A DNA stretch of 64,000 nucleotides from Lama guanicoe (GCA_013239625.1 MU054391.1:9209095-9273094), one strand, 5' to 3'. Shown: positions 38,831 to 51,440, counted from the stretch's first letter. Program-made: numbers and translations. The notes: generated from the letters alone by a model not told the origin.

Positions 38831-40999
38831 ACTAACGTTACACGTCATTGGTATGGATACAGTTTTCGCCTGTATTTCAGTGTGAGCAGTTGTGGCGGTG
38901 GCTCTGGGGGGGGTGGCATAGGAGGGCAGGAGGAATCTACGGGACAGCTTAACAGTGCGGGCTGTGCCCTTGCAGTGAGTGGCCAGCTGCTCCGGGGGCT
39001 TTAGTCAAGTGGATAATAAGAAGACCAACTCTAGTTAGAGATCAACCCATGTCCTCAACCCTGTCATACGAGTAATAATTTTGTCCCCAGCTGTCGGTCT
39101 CCTTTGTCTGTTTCTCAATTGATTCCTATTGCAGTGAGACAGACATGTTTGGTTACTGATTTGTTATCAATTGCTAATGCAAATAAGCCTTGAATACGTG
39201 ACAATAGGAATAATAATAACAGTATACTTATGGATATTAATCTAGAAATTTCCCTTTGAGTTTGTTAATCCAAGAGCGAACTTCCAGAGATGTTAAATGA
39301 CTTGCCAAAGAGCTCTTATCTCTGAAGTGGCACGAGTCTAAGTGGAATCCGTGTTTCCAGGTACCTAGTCAACTATTCTCCTCACTCATTCCACTTCATC
39401 ATGGACTGATTAAAACGTAATGGTCAAATGAGGTGATGCGGCTGAAAATTGACCACTGCGGGTGCAGGACTTCCTCTTGAGGCAACAGGATCTTTCTGAA
39501 AAAATCCTGCTAAGCAGATTTAATGACGACCAACAACTCGAGTCGATATTCATTTGAACCACAAAAATTAGATTATCCGAGATGGACCTTGGCTTAGCAT
39601 TTCAATGATAGCCACAGAATTCGGAAATGGCCCTGGAGAACGCCGATGCTAAGAGACTACTAACAAGTCATAGGTATAACTGCGACACTCAGAGCAATAA
39701 TAATGATATACACTGTACCGTTTTAGTCGCAGAAACACCATAGAATTTTACACCAGAAAGATCCTTGAATGGGTTATAAGCGATGCTAAGAAATGAAAAG
39801 CAAACAGAATAAACTGTCAGAGCTAAAGAGCGGCAAATAAAACCTTCTACCAGGTAAATGAAACGAGTTGATCTATCATTCAGTGGAGTTTACAGACTTG
39901 TCTATGGCGAGGTCAGGAAGCCAGCCTTGCTGCCCACGTTCCAGGAGTCAATAAAATCTGCACTGAGCCATAGCAACTTTCTGAATAGAGAGCCGTCGAA
40001 AACGTTTCTTGACAGCTTTGTTTCTTTGGCTCAGGAGAGATGAAGGGTTACAGATTGGTTGATTAATTACAGGATGTGTGCAAACAATAGGAAAAGTCCA
40101 AGGAAGCATGGAGTCAGCCATCTCTTGGGGGAAGACCTGAGCAACTAGCCTAGAAGAATAAATATATAAGCGCTCTACCTCAAGAGCCAGCCAAGGGCAA
40201 ACATCTTCATTTGGCAGAGTCTTTTTTTGAATGTGGTGTTTTCCGATATCCACCGTGGTTCCTCCACCAAATAGATCAGCAAGCATCTGCGAGCAGTGGG
40301 CGGCACGCACGGGAAAGTGCTTTGCAAACTGACAAGTGGGTGAAAGTAAGGAGTAGTCCTTATCATTCATTAGGACACTTTCAAGATCGTGCACATGATT
40401 GTGTTCTGAAAATAAGTGAGATGTTATTTTTCCTTCTCTGTCTCCTGAGATTGCTCCTATAAAGGAAGAACCCTGTTTCTACCTGTTTGGTTTACACATT
40501 TTTCTTAAAGGTGCTTGCACATATTTTTAAAACATGAAAAGGGAAGTTCATTATTACACCACAGACTACGTTCCCAGGACTACTGTTTTCTTTGCTAGTC
40601 ATCAGGACAGCTGCGCAGAGGCACAGAAAAAGGGAAAAAAAAAAAAAGCATGTCTGTGATCAACCAAGCGAGCTGGGATTCAAACCAAAGACTTCTCATT
40701 CCACACTGTTCATTTCTAGACCTTGAGGACAGGCACCCACCCACTACACACCAGGCATCACTGTGTGTTTTACTTGGAGTATCTCAATTATTAGCTTTAT
40801 TTCACAATTAAGGAAATTGGAGGTCAGAGAAGTTAAGACACTTGCCTAACGTTACTGCTTATAAATAGCAAAGCTGGAAGCTAAATCCACATGGATCTGG
40901 TTCCAAAGCTTTTGATCTGCTGACCAAGCCACGTACCCATTCTGGTCGAGACAGTCAGGGATCCAGATTAACGGTGGTATTTGTTCCTACAGGGCTCCT

Positions 41000-41240
41000 T
41001 GATCAGGTAATTATGTTTGAAGTAGCTATTTTAATTTTGGATTTTAACAGGACAGTAATAGGATTTGTTGAAAATAACTGAAGTTTCACTGTGGGAAGAC
41101 CCACATGAAAATTACTGAGAATAACTTGAAAATAGAAAAAGATCTTGAAAGTATTATTCATGAGTTTGCTTCTGTTAGAGCCACGTGTATCTATTTTACC
41201 TTTTGCCTAAGCTCCAGTTTGGGTCACAAGGCGCTAGTGA
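41000..41240 (+). mobile_element. hAT-Tip100 (Zaphod-like) 3' fragment with a transposase C-terminal remnant
   Basis: Translates IEKDLESIIHEFASVRA, resembling the hAT dimerisation-domain tail; followed by a ttttgcctaagctcca-type end. Confidence 0.55.
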
Positions 41241-41739
41241 GCAGGTACATCACAGTTTCTTATGTCCCCCATCTTTATAGGATACTATGGACACTTTTGA
41301 CATTTTGCTTTCTTTCATCCTGGAAATGACTCATGTCAGATCACAGAGGGGTTCAAAGAGGCTGAAGAGAGTGACCTCTGAAAGGTCAGGCAGAGGGCAC
41401 AATGCCCTAGCCAGCAGTTGCGCTACATCAGAAGTGTGTTTGTGAAGATGTCATGAAAGCACCCCATGAGACCCAAGGCCGGCATCCGGGCATCTGCCAC
41501 CGAAGGGCACTGATGTCAGATTAAACCACTTTCCATCTTTCTTCCTTTGGAAAAGTATTCCTCACCACCTTCATTTGGTTCTAATAAGTCTGCAAACTAT
41601 AAAATCATGCCTCGCCTTATAGTAGAGACTGGGGATGGACAGATTTCTAGAGATGGTGCTTACAAACCAGACTCTGCCTTCATGTCCCCACAGCTAGTAG
41701 AAGGAGACAAGAAATGAAGTAAACAAATTATCTAGTAGG

Positions 41740-42090
41740 TTAAATGTTGTTGCTGTTGACTCCCATGCCTGCCGACAGGTTGCTACCTCAAGCATATGCG
41801 TCTTTCTGCCTCTTCACTGAGGACATCCCCCAGAAATTGGGATGGCACCCAGCCCTTGTGCAGGGTTGTCCAGAAGTGCTAGAGATCTAATGCATCTAGA
41901 CTATGTGGAAAATACTTCCATTTCCCATTTCTCAGTTGGATAATTCCAAGGTATATTCTAAATGGTCATTCAGGAAGTCTCTAGCAGGACTGAGCCACGG
42001 TCACCTACAGTGGTACCCAGCTCTAAATGCAGCCATCACTGGCTTCACCCCTACTCCATCAATGTTCCTTACTCCCTCACTTATGTTTTA
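41740..42090 (+). mobile_element. ERVL LTR fragment (LTR16-like)
   Basis: ggataattccaaggtatattcta...agcaggactgagcc...cctacagtggta. Confidence 0.55.
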
Positions 42091-42109
42091 AGTGCTCCAG
42101 GATTTTAAC

Positions 42110-42476
42110 TGGTTACTAGTCTCTACCTCCACACCTGGTTGCAGAGGGTCACAGCTGGTACACCCCAAGCTCCTCCTCTGATCACTCTAGATTTCTCTCA
42201 CTCTAGACTGGGGGTAGTAATTTAAATAAATAACAAGGTTTGTTAACGTAGGGTTCTCAGCCCAAATCCCTTATTTCTGGTAATAAGGGCGTCTTCTACC
42301 CCCAGACACAGGGAGTGCTTTTCACGTGGGAGGTTTGTTTCTTGCTTTTAGGGGGACAGAAAGGAGAGTCACAGTGTCCCTCTCATGTTGGCCACTTCCT
42401 AAGTAACTTTAATTCAAAGTAATCAATATGCCACGAGGCACACTTTGCGGGGGAGGGCCCGCCATGGGCCCCATCA
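42110..42476 (-). mobile_element. ERV1-type LTR fragment
   Basis: taactttaattcaaagtaatcaatatgcca...gcacactttg...ccccatca resembles an antisense MER4-group LTR 5' end. Confidence 0.55.
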
Positions 42477-44089
42477 GCCTAAATACATACTCCTGAGAGC
42501 CATACTTTTTCTTTAATTTCCGCCCAGAAGGTTATGAGGGAGAGCTATGCCTTTCCCAGAGACAGAATAAGCCATTAACAAATGACACGCTTATAGCACG
42601 AGTCTGACATATTTTTGTTAATGAATAGTGTTAAAAAATGCAAAAATGTGCTCTGGTGCTCCGTCCAGAGAGGCAGACACATCAGTGCCACCTGCTTATC
42701 TTCAGCTGCCCTTCCGCATTTTTATTATTTTATTGTTCACGTGAACCGCCCTGCATCTCCTGGTAATAATATTTGCCTACGTAAAATCTAAAATTAGATT
42801 TCTCAAGGGGCGGTAGGAGGCCTCAGCACAGCAGTGACAATGTATATAATGACAGAATGTGTGTGAAATATGTCAGCTTCAGCATCTGCCTAATTTCATA
42901 TTTACATATTAAAGATTCTTTTGAAAGACATGGTAATTTTGGTGCGTAGTCCGGATGAAGAACATGAAAAGAGGCTACAAGGTGTATACACGTCTCTTCT
43001 TGATAAGCATTCTCTTTTCCTTTGCAAATGTGTCCATATTTTCTCCAGAAAGCATCTTCATTATATTTCTAACTCAGACAGTGAGGATAGGATGATACGA
43101 AACACATGTAGTGCAAAGTTAGTATTAGTGTTGCAGTTTATATTTCGTTCACTTAATCTGAACAATGTCTTTCAAACATTTTAATGTTTTGTGTTTGCAA
43201 TTTCTCTTGCCTCCTTTTAACGTGTAAGATGTACAAGGAAATTCATCAACATAGATACTTAAGTCAAAATTGCTCTGCACTGGGAGATTAACACAGTGCT
43301 GACCCCTGTGGGGAAAAAAAAAACCTAGGAAGTGATTCCTGGCACACAGGCAATGGGCAGAATGTTGGGGGCAAAAAAGTCACTTAGATTTAGAGCCAAG
43401 AATCCTAACACCAGCTCCATCACTACAGGCACCATATCCATGGACGAACAGGTCAACCTCTTAGGAGGTCTCCACCCTCCCCCTAAAAGCTAGATACTAG
43501 ACATGAAGGAATTTAAATACAACATGAAAGCAGAACGTTGTACAATCACCCAGAGGCAGATGGGAGGACTCTTGGCAGCAGAGAACACAGATCCTTCAGG
43601 GTCTAGGATGCCCAAGCCTACCTTGGCCCTGCGAGGCATTCTCTCCATAATTGCAGGCTTCATTCAAAGATGAATCAAAGTACCATTTTTCACAAAAAGT
43701 TAGGCTTCTGCTCAGATGTCAGCACAAAGCTGTGTTGCAAACAAAGCCAGAATATGAAGGACCCTAAAGGACTCTGGGAACTGTTTCTTCACCATAAACC
43801 TGACTCACACCAGCACCAGAGTCTGACCGTGAGGCTGGAACAGAGCAGCAGGTGAGGAGAGAGACTGAGAGGCTCCATCTGCAGTAGAAAGAAGAGCCAC
43901 CCCTGTGCACACTCGCTGGATAACACGCCCCACAACCTGACCACATCAGAACTGTGGGCACTCAGCTCAGGAACAGCGAAGGGCAGGATAGGATGAGGGG
44001 TGGGGAAAGATGAGAAACTCTCTTCTATGTCAATGTTTATCTTAAAAATGTGCCATAGAGAATTGAGCGATGAGACATCCTTTTGCATG

Positions 44090-45370
44090 TGTGTAAACAA
44101 AAATTTATTGTGCACCTATGATGTGCATGCCCTGGTCTAGCACCAAGGATATTGTGGTGAGAAAGACAGCCAGAGCTCTTCCTTAGAAGCTTAAACTCCA
44201 AAGGGAGGAGGCATATAATACAAAAATAAATAAAAATTTTGATACTAACAAGTGCTATGAGGGAAATAAAGAGAGTGACAGATGGAAAGAAGGTAGAAGA
44301 TCACTTTTAGTAGCATAACTGGGGAAGGTGTCACAGAAGACATGCAATTCGAGCTGAATGGGGAGAGAATTCAGCCACGTAGACATAAGAGTAAAGATAG
44401 TCTAAACCCATAGAACGTACAACACCAAGAGTGAACCCTACTGTCAACGATGGGCTCTGGGTGATTATAATGTCAATGTAGGTTCATCAGTTGTAACAAA
44501 GGAACCAGTCTGGTGGCGGATGGTGATAAATGGAGAGGCCATGCACATACGGGAGCAGAGAGTATACAGGAAATCTCTGTAGCCTCCCCTTAATTTTGCT
44601 GTGAATTAAAAACTGCTCTTAAATTTTTTTTTAAATAAAAGTAGAATGAACAGATTTGCTAATGGAGAGGATATACAGAGTGAGAGAAGGAAAGAAAATT
44701 AAGGACTATATCAACACTTAGGCCTGGGGATTGAAGCATCAGGTAGATAGTAGTGTCCTCTTCTGAGATACGGAACACTAAAAGCATGAATGAGGAGGTA
44801 GAGTCAAGAACTGTGTTTTGATGTGTTACACACCCACAGGAGGACGTCTAAAAGGCAGTGGGATTGATGAGTTTGGAGTTCAGTGTACAGGACCAGAGAC
44901 ATGAATCTGGGATTCATTGATATACAAATGGTATTTAAAATCAGGGTTGTAGATGAAATCTCCTAGAGAAAGATTTTCAAATGAAAGAAGGTGTCCAAGG
45001 CTGAGCCTTGGAGCACTCTTACATTCAGAAGTCAGGAAAAAGAGCATGCAAAGAAATTGGAGAAGTGAAAGCCAGTGAGGTAGGAGGGGTCGAACAGGTA
45101 GGCAGAGCAGCCAAGGAGCTCCATCAGGAAGGGAGGTAACAATGCCGTGGAATATTGCTGTAAGGTCTAAGAAAATGAAAACAAAGCGGGGCCCATTAGA
45201 ATGACATCTGGTAATCCCAACAAAAACAGTTTCACTGAAATGGGAACAGAAGACAGACTGGAATGGGTGGGCGGGTGGAACGGGCATTAAGAATGAAAGA
45301 GAACCAGCGGCTTCCTTTGAGAAGTCTGTTACGTAGAAAAGCAAGGAATGAGACAGGAGGATGTGGGTGT
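44090..45370 (-). mobile_element. L2 fragments, interrupted by an L1 3' end
   Basis: atttattgtgcacctatgatgtgc; atggtatttaaaatc; ggctgagccttggagcactc; aacagtttcactgaaatgg. Confidence 0.8.
44400..44640 (+). mobile_element. L1MC-type 3' end
   Basis: aaacccatagaacgtacaacaccaagagtgaaccct...aattttgctgtgaattaaaaactgctctt. Confidence 0.85.
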
Positions 45371-48300
45371 GAGATCAGGTAACCCAGCCCAGATCAGGTT
45401 TCATGACAAAGGCTGTCGTCATCCCTGGTGTGTCACACTTCACGGCTCTCACTGTCCTCCAGACAAGCTCCCGACTCCTCGGGCTGGTAGCCACGGGCTT
45501 GGCAGCCAGGCCCCAGAGGATGGCTCCGGCTCAAGCTCTGCCCCGCTTCCCGTCCTTCGTCCTGTCTTCCTGTCCCTCCCAACAATCTATGGTACATTCA
45601 TCCATAGGAGCCACCATTCCCCTATGGATCCATTCTCTTGAGCCTTTATGCTGTCACCCAGGCTGCTACTTCTGCCAGAAATGTCTTTTCTCTTCCTAAT
45701 CCCTCAATAATTAAGTTCAATTCTGTTCAAATTACCTCCTACACGAAGGCTTCTGGCAAACCTGCAGCTTGCCTTTCTCATCTGCCTTGTGCATCACTCC
45801 GTCAGGGCCTTTGTAATGATCGGTCCTTGTGTCTGTTTATTGACTGTATGTTGCCTGAAGGCAAAGGCTGTGTCTTTTCCCCTTCTCTATAACTCGTACC
45901 TAGCCTAGGCCTACAGCCCATGAGTATAGGTGAGATAAATAAGTGTAACTACTGATACTATAAAAATAACTTCAGGCAATAGTTCCACGTCACCCCCATC
46001 ATACCTTGAGCCAGAATCCACACTGGCTTCCCCAGACTCTAACACCATGCATTTCCCCACCACCACCACCTTCCTCAAAGGACAAAGCCCCAGGAGGATA
46101 ACATGAGAAAAGTGTGTTCAACAAAGATAAAGAAAGTGATGAAAGCTTAGTGGAATCCCAAGCCTGCATAAATGTCCTATTAGCTATTTTTAATCTCTGG
46201 AGCCTGAGGGCCATTCTCCTGGTTCAGAGCGAGACAAGTTCAGACCATCGGGAGATCAACAGTCCCTGCAAAACTGCGGACAGTTTGGTAAAACAGAAGG
46301 GAGTGGAGGACAGGGTCCTTGTCTTACCTGAACTGAAACATAGGTAGATGAACATGCCCCCAAAGGAAATTTAACCTTCTTAAACTGATTGGCAGGAAAA
46401 CAAATGTGTCATAGCCAGACTGACTTAGAAACTCCATGAAATTTCATAATCCTCTTGACCGGAGTACTCTGGATTGAGGTCTCTTTTAAATGATAGATGA
46501 TCTAGGACGCCCCCTGCTTCTGAAGATTGTACGTGAGGGGAAGCTTATGAAAAGCACAGGGCAGGGAGGGCTCAGGAGCAGAGCAGCCCACGGGGGAGCA
46601 GCATCTCGCTTGCCTGTTCACGGCAGCAACACTGCCCACTGGGAGAATGAGAAACTTGGCGTCTTCCCTCTGCCTCATTTTCAACATTTAGTTGATTACT
46701 ATATCTTATCCATTTTAGACTCGTATCTCTAGAATCCATCACTTCCTCTCCTCTCCTCTCCTCTCCTGCTAATTCCCTGTCTAGCCTACTGCATACTCCC
46801 CGATTCATCACACCGTCTCCATACCAACCATGTTTTCCTCTGCTCACACATCTTCCTTGCCTTCTCTTGACTACAAAATCAAATGCAAACTGCTCATCTG
46901 CTAGGAAAGCCTTCCATAATCTGGCCTGCTGGCTACTCCTTCTCTCAAAGAATTGGACAACTGAAAGGTATTAAATCAGCCACTCTGTCCCAGAACGCTG
47001 TCTCTTTACCTGCTCACTGAGTTTTCTCTAACAGGACTGGAATGAGGCCAGTGAGCATAACATCAGGCAGACTTGTACTGAGATGTAAGATTCTGGGGAT
47101 GGAGCTCGACCAGATGAGCGATTTTTCCTGGATGGTAAATTTACAAGTACACGGAGGAAGAGTCTAAAATGTGAGTGATGGAGAAGGCTGTTTCATTCTT
47201 AAAAAAAAAAAAGCTAGACAAGTGTAGCTGGGTGTGAGGTCCAAAGAATAGCATGAAGACATGAGTGAGAAAATCAGTTACAAAGTCAGAGTCAGGAAAA
47301 CCAGGGAAGATTTGGAAGTAGAGTATGCGGTCATTCCAAGTGAACAGCTCTGAACAGAGTCCAAGAATTACAGGCAGATAGAGGCTTGCTCTTCGATGAA
47401 TGTTCGTACACTTTCCTCCCTCTGTGTCCATGCTTGGACAGCAACCTCAGATCAGACTGTCTTGTTGACCTCCAACACCAGCTGTGCAAATCTCACTCAC
47501 TCCATTAAGGTCCATCACACATTCTAATGAAGGAAGTATTTTCTCATCTTCCTTAACAGAGGTGCATCCATCACCCTTTGATTCCTAGGGCATTTTGGGG
47601 GGCCTTTCTCATGGCTCATTTTGATGATCTGTTTGATAGTGATTTGATAGTGATAGCTCGGACATCTGGTGGGTAAGAGCAGCAGCACCCAGTTCCACAT
47701 CTATGCAGCCTCTACTTGCTGCCTGACACACTGTAGCTGCTCAGCAAAGGCTGCCTTCATTCACCACTTAGACTGACACAGCACTGTCGAGAAAAGAGCA
47801 GGTTTTGCTAAGGTTTTCCATAAATACTCTGAATGGAAATATCTGCCTAAACCAACTAACTCAACACATCTTTGAGCATGAAAATCCAAGCTGAAAGTCT
47901 CCATATCCCAGGTGGACATCCCATGGAAGCAGGGGGATTAAAAGAATCCCTTGACACCAAAATAAGTGCTCGTAACTGATGCATATTCCTATGATTTCCA
48001 GAAATCCAAGAAAGAGATCCAGAATCCCCACAGTTTTACTGCACAAGGAGCGTTGAAGAATAGATGCACTGGCCTGCGAGACAAAAGCCTTTCATTTCCA
48101 GGCTTGTCAGAGGAGGGGCGGTGGAATCTACGTGAGATTAGAAATGCAATTCCCCCCATTGCTAGATGTGTGAATCTGACCATGTTTCATAGCCCTCCTG
48201 AGGGTCTAAATCTGTAAATGGAGACCGTGAACATTACCTGACAGGCTAAGGTGTAAGGAAAACACATACCTGCAATCACCTGGACAAAGGAGATGGTCAA

Positions 48301-49379
48301 TAAACTTAGGAGTCATTTCACTACAAGGAAATCATCTACAACAATTAATTGAACTAATATATTTAAATTGGTAAGATGTTAACATAGTATGTGTATGTAC
48401 TTATGTGTGAGCATGGGTTCTAAATAGACTGAAATCATTCCACAATATGTGTTTTGAAGTAATTAACTAAGCAAGTTTACTTGAAATGTACAAGCTCCTG
48501 ACCATGTAGTCTTCCAAAGGCATTACAAACCTGTGTGCAAATGCAAATACTGATCTTTCCTGAATCATTTCCCCTCACGTGGGGAGACTGTGAAAAGAAA
48601 AATGTATCCTTTATCTGCCATCCCCAATGATTTTGTCCTCATGAGCCCGAAGATTCATCTTACAAAAGAGATAATGAACTGTTTTTAGCCAAGGAAGTGA
48701 AATGTGTCATGATGCAAGATACAAATTTCCGTATCTTCCACATAGGAAAAAAAAAAAAAAACCCTATCTTAACACCAGCAAATGGCCTTAGTGAAAAAAG
48801 CACAATGCTTAGCATGTGGCATATTTTACAATTTTTAACTTTTTTTCAGCAGTCTTAAGCACTTTTTCCTGATAAAGGTATTACCTATGTATTATCTATA
48901 AAAACTTGAAAATTATTTCGCTGAAAGTTATAAAATGTATTAGTGGTAGTTGGTAATATGTTCTCTCAGAATAGCAGGCACTGAAGTCAAAGTGTAAAAT
49001 GCCTAGACTTCAGCTTCACAAATACTCATCTGTAAACAAAAGATTAATAGTAGCAAATCTTTTTTCAGAACAAAAGGATTAGAGTTACTAATTTCTGCAA
49101 AAATTACCACCTTCTTTCTTGGTAAGTTACTCCCTGAGAGATTTGAAGCTGAAGGGAAAGAAAAGTCTGAAATAGCTGTATTAGCATAAATATGCCACAT
49201 CTAAATTTGTGGTTAGTTCTTCATGGCCACTGGAAGAGAGAAGCAAAAAGATAATACCAATTAGGTATTCCTAGGGTGCCTAATATTTCCTTCCATGTAC
49301 AGGTACCTGGATCTGACACAGCAAATCCCCTCAATAAATAAGTGTAGGAAGAGTGGATCATCCTAGTTTGAAGAAAAGG

Positions 49380-49990
49380 AACGCACACTTGTTGAAGGCA
49401 TTCACTAACTGCAGGCATGGTGCCAGACACTCTACCTACAGGATCTTAATCCTCAGAACGACCTGTGAAATTGACACTGCCATCCCCATTTAAGGAATAA
49501 GGAAATTGAGTGTGAGAGAGCAGAGGGAGTAACCCAAACATTCTTACCTAGTAAATAGCAGAAATATAACATAAACCAGAACTCCCTGATCCCAGAGCTA
49601 TGTCTCACCCTTCACTTGGGGAAGGCCATGATTCCTGCCCAGAATCCAGTTTCTAGAAGAGTCCTGGGACCCTCCCAGTGCATGTCTCCAATTGAGAGAA
49701 CCTGGGGCCTTACCTCCTTTGCCTTCACCACGTCCTGCAATTGTCTGTAATTCTCAAGGAGGCAAGAGGCAGCAGTGATGTGATATGAAAAGCAGTGGAT
49801 TTGGAATCAAGTCACATAGATTCAAATCCCAGCTCTGATAACTATTTGCTGGCCAAAACCATTTCCCCATCATTTCATCAAACCTCAGTTTCCTCTTTTG
49901 TAAAATGGGACTGATACTTCCTCCCAGTGTCATTGTGAGACAAACCAATGAATCAGTGACTGCTGCAACTTCCTGACATGCCACACACAA
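49380..49990. mobile_element. Two MIRs (about 49380-49610 -, 49763-49990 +)
   Basis: aatcctcagaacgacctgtga; ttggaatcaag..gattcaaatcccagctctg; aacctcagtttcctcttttgtaaaatgg. Confidence 0.8.
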
Positions 49991-50489
49991 CCCAGGAGAT
50001 GCCCAATTAAAGCATTTTTAAAGAAAATGAACTCAGAATGGGTGGTCATTCCTCATGCATGAGTCAATGACTTTACTGTAAGTAATCCTCCTTCTCCACG
50101 ATAAAGCTTTCAGATGGTCACATACAGATACAGAGGGAATAGGAAAGAGAGAAGACAGGACTGCAGGCAGCAGTCATCACATGCCTCACCCAGAGGGAAT
50201 CACAGAAAGAAAGAAATGAAAACATCGCAAGGTCACACCAAGAAAATGTTGCAATTTCAGGATAAAGCATGAACAAAATTACGCCCTACAACTGTGGTGA
50301 AGTTGTGCAGTGAAAATAGATTAACATGATGCAGAACACCTGAGTTCTCCCTGCTCCACTCCTGTACTGCTGCCTAATTTTTAAAACTCTCCCTTGGAAC
50401 TTCATTTCTTCCTCTACACAAATGAAATATTTAAACTATACTGTCTTTATGGTTATTGTATTTATGTAGACTCCTTCAGTCCTAGCTCA

Positions 50490-51404
50490 CTTAGCTTTAA
50501 TTAGGAAGTTCTGCTTAGCTTTAGCAAATGTCTTTTCAGCAACAATGGATCTGATAATATCTTTTTCTCTCTTTTATTTTGTGTAGGTAATAAATTATGT
50601 TTTGGCTAACATCAAACCATCTTTGTATTCTGGGGATAAACCTTCCTTGTCATAGCATATTTTTCTTTAAATAGTCTGTTTGGATTCTATTTTTTGCCAC
50701 TTTGGACTTCTAGCAGCATTATTCCTAGCACTGGTCTAACATTTGCTCTTTTTTTTCATTTTTTGTCCTTTCTGATTGAGTTCTAAGACTGTGGTCACTT
50801 CTTTAAATGAATTGGAGAAATCACTTTCTAAAGCCTGGGATATTTAATTAACATTAGGGTCATCCATCCTCTAAGAATTAGGCTAAAAAAAAGATTAGCT
50901 GTGAAACTGCTCATGAAGCTTTTTATAAATTTTTGATTATTAATCTTCTTTCGAATGTCTTCCTTTTTGGTACAGTAGCTAAATTCTTCAAGTTTTCTAC
51001 TTCTTCTGGTAATTTGAATTTTGCGTTATTTTGTGAAATTCAAATTGCCAGAAAGCTTTGGTAATTTGAATATTGTAAGAAAAAGTTTCATGTATAAGAG
51101 AATGGCTGCAAGCAATAAATAGTCCCTCTTACTCTCTTCCACACATGGGGCTATTACCTTTTCAGTTCTAATTTTAAGTATTTTTAGTCTCTATTTTTCT
51201 TCTTCAGGTTTCTAAGGCCTTCATCCACTTTTTGATATTTTTTTAAGAGAACTGCTTTTGGATTTACACATCCTTTCTGCTATTGTTTTGCTTTTTATAT
51301 CATTTACTCCAACTTTCATCTTTAATATTTTCCTTTTCCTAGTTTCTTTTGTTATATTTTCCACTGTTTTAAGATGGGTAATAATTCCTCTATTTTTGTC
51401 TTAA

Positions 51405-51440
<36 letters not shown>

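Noticed and set aside
39590..39755. H/ACA snoRNA or group I intron resemblance (AGACTA; gacta/tagtc)
   Set aside because: The motifs are short, and their order and lengths do not fit either family convincingly; the region is kept only as a generic structured-island finding
39508..39791. tgctaag recurring at 139- and 137-bp spacing, suggesting a CRISPR-like array
   Set aside because: Only 7-11 bp are shared across three copies, with no further units and no cas-like genes
39423..40043. Protein-looking plus frame that might use stop-codon readthrough or recoding
   Set aside because: About nine internal stops of all three types and no recognisable homology; there is no basis for recoding in a mammalian locus
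39948..40394. 148-aa minus-strand ORF
   Set aside because: No recognisable domain; part of it overlaps a MIR-like 3' end (aaagtgctttgcaaactg), and its length is within chance expectation
44880..45344. Longest ORF in the track (154 aa)
   Set aside because: It lies within a decayed L2 and echoes L2 RT sequence (FLDLTAIF), so it is not a host CDS
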